A stretch of DNA of 32,000 nucleotides from Candidatus Saccharimonadota bacterium (GTDB lineage Bacteria > Patescibacteriota > Gracilibacteria > BD1-5 > UBA6164). Under the pieces are notes generated by a model that was given only the letters and a program-made list of their open reading frames with translations, ran no database searches and was not told the origin of the DNA. Position numbers and translations under genes: made by a program. Positions within the stretch are counted from its first letter, which is position 1. Each line of letters begins with the position of its first letter. Shown one piece after another: positions 23,070-31,043 of this stretch. The stretch spans positions 600,001 through 632,000 of the forward strand of contig CP042461.1 of the NCBI GenBank assembly GCA_004563595.2, written 5' to 3'.

Positions 23070-23351
23070 TTATAAATTCATAACATTATGAATAGATGCA
23101 TAAAACCAGATAGTCATAATAAGAACACTAAATAGAATCTTGAAATGTCATTCTAGTTTCAGGATTATTAGAAAGATGATCAAAGGAATTATAAGAGTTC
23201 GGAACAAAAAGAAGGGGTAGTCTCAAAGTGTAATAAAATAATTGTACATAGGGTTATACTCCCCTCCTCAGATATTTAAAACAAGCTTGGTGGTAACTGA
23301 ATCTAAAAATGATGTAAAGACTAATCAGATCAATATTAGTTTGTTTTTCAT
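23070..23351 (-). CDS. Phage small integral membrane protein (93 aa)
   Basis: The ATG at 23349-23351 overlaps the end of the Zot-like gene by 16 nt. The protein has three hydrophobic helices (KLILIGLVFTSFL, FFLFRTLIIPLIIFLIIL, ILFSVLIMTIWFYA). Confidence 0.6.
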
Positions 23352-24226
23352 GTGCTTAATAACTTAAGTTTATTAAATAATTTCTTTTTCGGTTTTGCAT
23401 CTTGTGATATTTTAGTGATATACTTATAAATAGATCGTTTTGTGTATATATCAGTTCAAGGACGAATAAGTTCTTTCGTGTTGTAGTCATATACTGGAAA
23501 TATTGGATATAGATTGAGATTCATTCACATAAGAATACCTCATCATACTTGCTCAGCTTTTTCTAAGTCTATTTCTTCTGGGTCTAAGAAGTAAAAGTCT
23601 CTGTACCATCTATAGAATCAGACTCATTTATAGTATTTTCTGTAGTATGTAGCCAGTCTTCTGAATTTCACATCTAATTCCATTGGAGATTGAACTACAC
23701 AGAACATAAGAAGATTAAGTTTTCTTGGTTGATAGATGAAATCTAGGAGTCTTTCATTTTCTCATGAGAAGTTCTTTTTGAAGTTTCTCGGATTAAAATA
23801 TATAGAACATTCATCAAGTACGATATTAAACTTGAGATCCTTTTTTAGGTTTGGGTATTTATTTCTAAACTCTTTTGCATTAAATAGATATTCCTCATAT
23901 TGTTTCCTTGGTTTATGTGTATGTAGCTTCTCAGCATCATCATAGAGGTTTATATATTGGTGATAGTCATAGATGTCATTGAGTATGTTGACGAGATCGT
24001 TATGACTTGATAATTGATAGTCAGTATATCAGGTATAGTAGTTCGTAATATTGATCTCCTTTCAATGTTTACGACCTTTGAGATAAGCAGTGGTATTTTG
24101 TGTTTTTCATGATCAGAACTCTCACATGGTTATAAAGAAACCGTATTTTGTCTTTTTGAAAACGTAATAAGAAAATACTCATAGAAAAGTAGCTATTCAA
24201 AGAAAATATAAGAAAAATTCCAACAT
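23336..24226 (-). CDS. Zot / filamentous-phage pI-like assembly ATPase (296 aa)
   Basis: Walker A is FFITMGEFGSGKTQNTTAYL, with all three Gly as TGA, followed by EINITNYY. Walker B is FNIVLDECSIYFNPRNF. This is the Zot-family P-loop layout. An N-terminal TM helix precedes it. The gene is 891 nt. Confidence 0.75.
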
Positions 24227-24274
24227 ATAAATTTAGTTATGATTTAAATGGTGGCAATTTTTGGTATTTAATAA

Positions 24275-24526
24275 TTATTGAGACTTCATAAATGAAATCA
24301 TTATAGATAGTAAGAATATAAGTATAAGTGAAAGTAGAGAGTTTTGTACTAGGGTTATTGTTGATTGATGAAGAAAATTACTCAAAAATAAACCTATGCT
24401 TATGTTCACATGGTATACGACAAAGGTTAATAAACTAAGTGAGTAATAAGAAACTACTCATACTAGTAATACAAATATAAATATTCTAAAAAAAAGAATA
24501 AAAAACTTAACAACTGCAGTTGTCAT
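24275..24526 (-). CDS. pVI-like small hydrophobic phage protein (83 aa)
   Basis: The ATG at 24524-24526 overlaps the stop of the upstream gene (TAATG). The protein is almost entirely hydrophobic (FFILFFRIFIFVLLVGVV..., LLSLILIFLLSIMISF). It sits between the pIII-like and Zot genes, as gene VI does in Ff phages. Confidence 0.55.
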
Positions 24527-26337
24527 TATTCAGATGGTTTAAAAAATAAAATTAAAGCTCAGACATAAAGTATTCAATATATTAACAAAAACATATAATC
24601 TAATACTGTTTTACTTCAGGGATTTACTTTATATGATTCAAGAGATCAAATCACATTTCATCATGAAGGTATATATTTTTGAAACTCTACTTTATGAACT
24701 ATTCAAAGGAAACAATATTCTTTATTATCCTCAATAGATCAGAAGCTCCCTATGAAATCAAATAATGAGTTCAGGTGTTTTGATAATCATGAGAGTATTA
24801 AGTCTGGTACAAATAGAATTATTTTAAATGCTCGGTTATCAAAAAGTGTAGCAAGTTTATACTCTACATGAAATATATTATTTACGGTATATAAGAACCT
24901 TCAATCAGTATCAAACATTTCACATGTTCATAATTCTTGGTCTTTATAAGTAATACTTCAATATGTTGCTAGGGGTTGTAATAATAAATTATCAGATCAA
25001 GAAAATGATACTGGGCTCCCTTTTAATTTTGAGGCTAATTCTAGTATTTCATTATTCAGGTCTTCAAATGTATATTTCTCTCTTATTTCAAAGTTTGTTT
25101 TTTCATTCCCTATATTATCTAAGCTTCAAGTATAGGTTTCTCAATCAACAGTGATTTCATCAGTATCAAGATTAGAACATACTTCCCTTTCTATAATTTG
25201 TGTTTCTTTGCTTCAGAAGTCTATATTAAATATTTCATTTTCGGTAAACCATGCAGGTATAAATTCTATACAAACGTCTTCCATAGTTTCAAAGTGATAC
25301 TCTTTTCAATATTCTAGGAGTTCCCTTTCTATGGAACTGCTTCAATCACAGCTAATGATATTAAAAGCATTTCAAGTTCATGTGAGATTTACGTAATCAA
25401 TTCAGTAATCAGAGTGTAATTTTAATTGAGGATCATTGTTCCCTATTATATCAAATGAATTGAAGGTAAAGCTTGTTCAAGTACTTGATAAGCTTCAAGT
25501 AAATCACTCTATATCTTCTGCGTTATAGAGTCAGATAGATTCGTTCCCTCATCATCATCTATTATATTGAAAATATTGTCAGTAACTGAGACTATAATCA
25601 TCTATAGTTGTGTGAGATGGTTGATATGAATAACTCAGGTTATATGGTGTATTGATGTATGCTGTCTGACAGGATTGATTTGAAGATCATCAAGATAACT
25701 CTATATGAGGAACTAATGAATTAGTATCAATATCATAAGAATTATTATTATAATATGTAGGAACAATATTATCTGTTATAACAAATCAATTACAAGATGA
25801 AGTACCACTACAAATTAAACTATACACATGTGTAGTCCTATTAATTTTTGCCCAATCATAATTACTAGAATTTGTAAACTTAAGATAAATATAATCATTG
25901 TCAGAACCGAAATACATATATCAAGCTCAATTTGAATTTGTATTATATCTTGATTCAGAATTAATAATATTTCAATCAAAATCCGTCATCTGTAATATTA
26001 AACTTCCCCAAAAAGTATTAAGCCATTGATTTGAATAAGTAATATTTAAAATAAATTCATTATCCAGATCATGAATCATATTTAAAGTACGATTTGAATC
26101 CATAATATCATTAAAATAAACATGACTTCAATCTTTCCAGAGAAAAGTTCAACTTGAATCATAAGCACAAACTTGTTTTGAATTAGTACAATTGGAATCT
26201 GTATATCAAGTTACTATAGAATAATTATCACTTGATAATAATTGAGTAGCACTTGTATAATCTCAATGGGTATTTGATATTCAGAAAACACTCAATGCTC
26301 CAAAGAATAGAAATACTGATAGTATTATTTTTTTCAT
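24526..26337 (-). CDS. pIII-like adsorption/minor coat protein (603 aa)
   Basis: It has a signal peptide (MKKIILSVFLFFGALSVFG) and a long Asn/Ser/Thr/Cys-rich ectodomain with Gly-rich linkers (ELSGGSSNQS, YNRGGGGNES; the Gly are TGA). A C-terminal membrane anchor (YMFLLIYGILYVGALILFF) follows. The gene is 1812 nt with no TAA/TAG. Confidence 0.65.
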
Positions 26338-26555
26338 AGTATTTTTTCTCAAGATGTAAGACTGAAACCAAAGTTAAAAGATAGGATGAATATTTTTATT
26401 AAGGTTTTCATTAGTAAGATTCCTAGGATTGTTATGATGAGAATATAGCTAAAAGTATCCTGATTAATATAGTATGAGTCGTCATATATTTTTATTAATT
26501 CAAGATGATTTTCAGTTAATGTTCATGTTCAAACGAGGTGTATATCTCAAGTCAT
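26325..26555 (-). CDS. Phage small membrane protein (76 aa)
   Basis: It runs from ATG at 26553-26555 to TAA at 26325-26327 and overlaps the pIII-like start. It has one TM helix (FSYILIITILGILLMKTLIKIFIL). Confidence 0.5.
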
Positions 26556-26557
26556 AT

Positions 26558-26725
26558 TTATCTTTTATAGTATAATTTGTAGAAGAAACCGAGTATGAGT
26601 CATACGGGTGCAGCACTTCATATAATCGCAATTATGCTAAAAATAAACACCACAAAAAATGATATGTATATATCAAATCATAAAGCTATATTTGCAAATA
26701 GTGGTCCCATATTCAGTAATTAACA
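26558..26725 (-). CDS. Phage small hydrophobic protein (55 aa), pVII/pIX-like by position
   Basis: It runs from ATG at 26723-26725 to TAA at 26558-26560 (168 nt). The translation is MLITEYGTIFANIALGFDIYISFFVVFIFSIIAIIGSAAPVGLILGFFYKLYYKR. Confidence 0.45.
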
Positions 26726-26734
26726 TAATTAAGG

Positions 26735-26764
26735 TGTAAGGGATTTATTTTACTAAATCCCTTA
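26735..26764 (-). promoter_or_regulatory. Hairpin immediately downstream of the coat-like gene (possible attenuator/terminator)
   Basis: The stem is gtaagggattta / taaatcccttat, 12 bp with a 6-nt loop. There is no clean U-run on the minus-strand transcript. Confidence 0.4.
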
Positions 26765-26782
26765 TGCTCTAACTAGGTTAGA

Positions 26783-27040
26783 CTATGATCTTCAACCTTT
26801 TTTTACAAGGAGCATAATAACACCAATTACGATCATTATTCATAATGCAACCCCTAAATAAGGAAGTACGAATAAGAAACCAGCCCACAGATTTGATAAA
26901 GCATTATCTACTCATGTATCAACAACTGTATTGTCAGATGCATCAAAAGTTACTTTACCACCTGTATATGTTAAGGCAGATGTATATAGTCCTAGTACAA
27001 AAGCTGAGATAGTAGCAAACATTCCGCTAATAAGTCCCAT
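26783..27040 (-). CDS. Major coat protein-like (pVIII-like), 85 aa precursor
   Basis: The translation is MGLISGMFATISAFVLGLYTSALTYTGG|KVTFDASDNTVVDTGVDNALSNLWAGFLFVLPYLGVALGIMIVIGVIMLLVKKGGRS. It has a hydrophobic leader, an acidic N-terminal segment, a hydrophobic core and a basic C-terminus, which is the canonical inovirus coat layout. The gene is 258 nt. Confidence 0.6.
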
Positions 27041-27063
27041 TCTCTTAAACTTAAGAAATAAAA

Positions 27064-27088
27064 AAAAGTAGAGTATTACTCTACTTTT
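27064..27088. terminator. A/T-flanked hairpin (bidirectional terminator-like)
   Basis: The sequence is aaaagtagag-tatta-ctctactttt. Confidence 0.5.
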
Positions 27089-27238
27089 TACATAAAAGAA
27101 TCGCCAAAAACTTCTATGTAAAAAGTAAAGGGCGATTTAGTTTATTTAAGGCAGTGATTATTTTTACTTAGAAAATCACTAAAAACTAATCGAATTTTTT
27201 ATGTATATGTATTGGGATCTATCCGGAAACCCAGTAAG

Positions 27239-27445
27239 TTAAATAAATATGATTGCAGTAATTAAAAGAGGTATTACTACAAAGATAAGTACTATATTTG
27301 TAAACTTTAGAGAGTTGTAAATATCATCTAGTTGATCTAGCTTATTTATAACTCTTTTTTGTAGTCTAATATGAACAAAAGTTTTAACTATTTCTCAAAA
27401 TATATGAGATAGGTCTATTTTGTCCTCTTGTGTTTTCTTAGGCAT
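27239..27445 (-). CDS. Phage small protein with a C-terminal TM helix (68 aa)
   Basis: It runs from ATG at 27443-27445 to TAA at 27239-27241. The translation is MPKKTQEDKIDLSHIFGEIVKTF...NIVLIFVVIPLLITAIIFI. Confidence 0.5.
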
Positions 27446-27456
27446 TTAGTTTTTTA

Positions 27457-27840
27457 TTAAAAAGGTATGTCTTCAATAGTGATTTCTTCTTCTGCTTTCT
27501 GTTGTAACGGTTTTTTACTCGCTCATGCGAATTCTACATTTTGAACGTTGATAGATGTGAAATAGCTTTTATTTCCATCTTCTTTATCAAAAGTAGAGTT
27601 TTCAAGTTCTCATTCTAGGTATACCTTTGTTCATTTTGGTATATATTTCTCAAAGAAGTCAGCTCTTTGTCCCCAAATAGTTAAGTTTATGAAAGTTGTA
27701 GTTTTTACCTCTTCCCCATCTCTATTTTTGTATTTTTTGTTTATAGCAATAACGTTTTTTAAGTATTTATTATCGTTGCTTGTTGTTTTTACTTCACTGT
27801 CTTTGACTATATTTCAAATCAAACATATTCTATTTAACAT
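27457..27840 (-). CDS. ssb: Single-stranded DNA-binding protein, bacterial OB-fold type (127 aa)
   Basis: The translation reads MLNRICLIGNIVKDSEVKTTSNDNKYLKNVIAINKKYKNRDGEEVKTTTFINLTIWGQRADFFEKYIPKGTKVYLEGELENSTF and ends with the canonical acidic tail EEEITIEDIPF. Confidence 0.85.
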
Positions 27841-27944
27841 ATGGTTTTAAAATTAAAAAAAAATAATATATAGCGCTTATATGCCTATATATTATTCATT
27901 TTTATTCGTAAGTCAAATGTATTTTAAATGTAATTTAAATATAC

Positions 27945-28115
27945 TTAACTGTTATTTTTGTAGTTTTGTTTGTATAATTGGATTAATGCGTTTAATTTTT
28001 GTGATCTATTATCAATTTTCATTCCATGAAAATCAACGTCTAGTTCAAAGAATTCTTTTGCTATCTCAGCATCAATAGCGATAGTTGTAAATTTCGTTGG
28101 CGATTTAGTAGTCAT
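27945..28115 (-). CDS. Ribbon-helix-helix-like small regulator (56 aa)
   Basis: The translation is MTTKSPTKFTTIAIDAEIAKEFFELDVDFHGMKIDNRSQKLNALIQLYKQNY. It shows a beta-strand (FTTIAID) followed by two helices, as in Arc/CopG. It is the first gene of the minus-strand phage operon and sits next to a divergent intergenic region. Confidence 0.5.
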   Translation of the reverse strand: MTTKSPTKFTTIAIDAEIAKEFFELDVDFHGMKIDNRSQKLNALIQLYKQNYKNNS

Positions 28116-28340
28116 ACAATATGTATTTAAATAATATTTAGTTATGTAAGTTTATATTATATGAATATTAAATGAATGTCAAATAAAAAGAGTGTTTCAT
28201 AATTTTAATAGATAATCCTATTCCTGATTCTAAAACATATTACAAATAAGTCTAGATAAAATTATAAAAATTTCAAAATATTAAGGTCTTGTTAATGTCT
28301 TATACGTATAATATTTATACTTATTTCATTTTAAAAATAT

Positions 28341-28955
28341 ATGCATAGAAAAATCGAAGCGATTAGAGGTCTAATTAATAATATAGAGAAATTAGAAGAT
28401 TTAGATTTTGACAGTCTTGATAGAATTAAGAAAAAGAGTAATATGGTATTATTAAAAGTTTTTTGAGATGAATCTGCTCATATAAATGGCTTAAAGAATG
28501 CTAATTTTTCAGTTATTTCTTTTACAATTTGAAGAGAAACTCCAATAGGGAGAAAAATAGAGGCTTGGAATAAAGGAAAGAAGAAATTTATTAATACTTT
28601 AGAAGTTTGTATTGATGAGCTAGAATTAGATATATGAGCTAGTGTAATGGAAAAAACACCAATAAAAGAAAGAAAAATGAGTGTTAATATTAAGAATTTT
28701 AATTGAAACTTATCCTGAGAAAATTATTGAACTCAAGAATTTATAAATAGTGGTATTGATGATATAATAGATCAAATTAATGAAAAAAATATTGAATTTA
28801 AAACAGAAATTATAAAATTATTAGAAGAAATTAAATCTGTAAAAGAGCCAGAAGTTAAGTCTAAAAAGTTTTTAGAGGTTATTAATCTTTTGTGATCAGG
28901 TGCTTCAATTAATTCATATATAATGGCTTTAGGTGCTTTTGTAGCAGGTATATAA
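28341..28955 (+). CDS. Hypothetical protein (204 aa) with a hydrophobic C-terminus; first gene of the opposite-strand cassette
   Basis: It runs from ATG 28341 to TAA 28953-28955 (615 nt) with 7 in-frame TGAs. It has coiled-coil-like segments, and its C-terminus SINSYIMALGAFVAGI is hydrophobic. No motif recognised. Confidence 0.55.
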
Positions 28956-29032
28956 TAAAATTTATAGTGATAACACTATAGATTTTATTTGAAAGGTAGA
29001 AGCAATATTCGTAATTGAAATTAATAAATTAT

Positions 29033-30190
29033 ATGAAAAAAAAACATAGAATTAAAATTAAAGCTCAAATACAGGAATTCTCAAGTAGTTTTGTAGAAAC
29101 TTTTATAAAATTACTTATGTCTTTTGAAAGAGTGCAACCAAATATTAGAGAAGCCGTACCTGATATTTTTAATATAGCTTTGGAGGATATTGCAGTTGAT
29201 TCTTATTTCTCTGAAAATAGAAAACATGTAATGATTCTTTTTAAAGAAAGGAAAAATAAGAGTTTTAATTTTAATCTTACAAAAGGTAATGTCTTTGATG
29301 AACTAGATGAAACAGGTCAGTGGAAAAGACCAAATATACCGGTTTGTTTTAATTTTAAAGGTTGAACTGGTTTTATGCAAGAAATAACTATATCTGGTAT
29401 GAAACCTTTCAATATAGAAGGTGATAAAGTAAAAATTACATTCTCAGATTTTAAATTTAATTTGCCAAATGGAGATAATAAAAAGATATCTTTTGGGTAC
29501 ATTTTTTCTTATAGTCTTTTTAAAGATGAAGTTTTAAGTAATACAGAAAACTATGTTGAAAATTTAATTTATTCTTTTTGGGACTATTATAGACTCTATA
29601 AACATAAACTTAGTTCTTCAATTGATGAAAAAAAATATAAAAAATACCAGAAATGAATTTTAGAAGATATGGAAAGATTATTTTTTAATGAAGAAATAAA
29701 AGAACAAGAAATAGATAACTTTATAACAGAAAATCCAATTATTTTAGAAAGGTGCTTATTTCTTACTCCAATATTACCACAACAGATATTAAATAACCTT
29801 GTGAAAGAAAACTTTGATCAAGATATGATACCTGATTTAATATGTCAAGATATTAATGACAGTTGGATAATTGTTGATTATAAAAGAGCAAAAAGAATAA
29901 TTAAGAAAAATGATACAGCTCGTGCAGATATAAAATCTGAGGTAAATGAATTAAAAATCCAACTAAAAAACTATAGAGAATATTTTAATGAAGAAAAACA
30001 TAGGAACAATTTTGCGAAGATCACAGGATATAAAATTCCTTCCAAACCAAAAACAAAATGACTTATAGGGTATGTTTTAGATTCTGAGAGAAAAATATTT
30101 GAAGATTCTATTGAAGATAACCCAAATCGGATTGATATAATTACTTATGATGAACTTTATAAGAGATTTAAAAAGTTTTATGAGTCTTAA
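29033..30190 (+). CDS. Shedu-like (DUF4263 / SduA C-terminal) PD-(D/E)xK nuclease with a novel N-terminal domain (385 aa)
   Basis: Track ORFs 29015-29365, 29375-29656 and 29669-30061 share one frame and are joined by single TGA codons. The C-terminal half reads FITENPIILERCLF...MIPDLICQDINDSWIIVDYKRAKRIIKK...KIQLKNYREYF...KGLIGYVLDSE...RIDIITYDELYKRF. This is the D...(D/E)xK core, the Q..Y motif and the terminal TYD-hL that I recall as typical of DUF4263. The start could instead be TTG at 29015. Confidence 0.6.
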
Positions 30191-30212
30191 ATAATATACT
30201 TATATAAATAAA

Positions 30213-30246
30213 AAAAGGCTAGACTTTCATCTAACCTTTTTTTTAA
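30213..30246. terminator. Hairpin terminator between convergent genes
   Basis: The stem aaggctaga pairs with tctaacctt (one mismatch), with an A-run before and a T-run after. Confidence 0.6.
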
Positions 30247-30419
30247 CCTTTAAAGGTTATCTTGTGGACTATTCTATCCACTCAAAATATATCTCTTGGA
30301 TTATCTCATTTTATGAGATCTCATTTCTTTAGCACTGTGGTTAAATCAAATGAACAATAGTTTTGCTCATCGTAGTGTGTTCAGTCGGCATCAACTGACT
30401 CTATTGCATATTCGTACAT
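30243..30419 (-). CDS. Hypothetical small protein (58 aa)
   Basis: It runs from ATG at 30417-30419 to TAA at 30243-30245 (177 nt) with 4 in-frame TGAs. The translation starts MYEYAIESVDADGTHYDEQNYCSFDL. It lies directly downstream of the structured inverted-repeat region. Confidence 0.4.
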
Positions 30420-30435
30420 AATATAAAAATTGTAA

Positions 30436-30517
30436 AAGGACCCTAGCAGGAAGATCACCACAATCGTACACCTGCTAAGGTCCTTAAATAAGGTGATCTA
30501 TTTAAATACGATTGTGG
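30436..30517. repeat. Compound inverted-repeat element (15-bp stem, with a 20-nt loop that is itself complementary to two flanking boxes)
   Basis: aaggaccctagcagg (30436-30450) pairs with cctgctaaggtcctt (30471-30485). Within the loop, gatcacc (30453-59) and ccacaatcgta (30458-68) are complementary to ggtgatc (30492-98) and tacgattgtgg (30507-17) respectively. Confidence 0.7.
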
Positions 30518-30713
30518 TATATTAGTTATAGCTATAAATAAATTATTTGCAAATTGTTTTTAAATGTAAAATAAATGACGTCACTGGAGTATAGCATAAT
30601 AGTTTTTATAAAAGCAAAAGTTTTTTCGACTTTCTTGGCTTTGTGTAGGTGATATATCGATATTATAAGTACAAATAAACTATTGATTATAATGAAGTGA
30701 TATTAACAGGGCA

Positions 30714-30857
30714 TTAATATTGAGGATTAAAGTAATAATTTCTTTGATAGGTTAATATTACTGAGTCGAACTTTTCGTCTCATGGGAGGAATTCTTGAGT
30801 GGTATATTGTTTATAGCTTTCTAATGTAAGATTTGGTACTTGTGTTTTTAAAGACAT
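30714..30857 (-). CDS. Hypothetical small protein (47 aa)
   Basis: It runs from ATG at 30855-30857 to TAA at 30714-30716. The translation is MSLKTQVPNLTLESYKQYTTQEFLPGDEKFDSVILTYQRNYYFNPQY. It is supported only as an ORF in the phage operon. Confidence 0.35.
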
Positions 30858-30858
30858 G

Positions 30859-30960
30859 TTATAAATTAAATAATACTTTAAATTTTTCTATTGAATCAAC
30901 TCCATTCATTCATAGATACCACCCTATTGATGTATAGAATAGTATATTTATCAAGGTCAT
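30859..30960 (-). CDS. Possible very small ORF (33 aa)
   Basis: It runs from ATG at 30958-30960 to TAA at 30859-30861, which abuts the next ATG. The translation is MTLINILFYTSIGWYLGMNGVDSIEKFKVLFNL. Support is weak. Confidence 0.2.
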
Positions 30961-31043
30961 TAATGTACTAGACGTAAAGTCACTTATGAATTCTCAGAAT
31001 TGTATTATGAGAAACTCTCAATAAGTTCATATGTCTGGATCGC

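Noticed and set aside
26707-26709. An ATG at 26707-26709 could be the start of the small hydrophobic phage ORF.
   Set aside because: That frame hits TAG after 7 codons. The hydrophobic ORF is in a different frame and starts at the ATG at 26723-26725, giving 168 nt that divide evenly into codons.
29015-30061. Three consecutive plus-strand ORFs (116, 93 and 130 aa) looked like a three-gene operon.
   Set aside because: All three share one reading frame and are separated by single TGA codons. They form one 385-aa protein that continues to TAA at 30188-30190.
30411-30440. A second dif-like site (tcgtACATAATATAAaaattgtaaaag) could mark the other prophage junction.
   Set aside because: Only the 11-mer acataatataa matches the dif-like site. 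The would-be right arm matches 5 of 11 positions. An 11-mer made only of A, T and one C can recur by chance in DNA this AT-rich. It also overlaps a start codon, and Rep lies outside the interval it would delimit. I note it under the inverted-repeat finding and do not call it.
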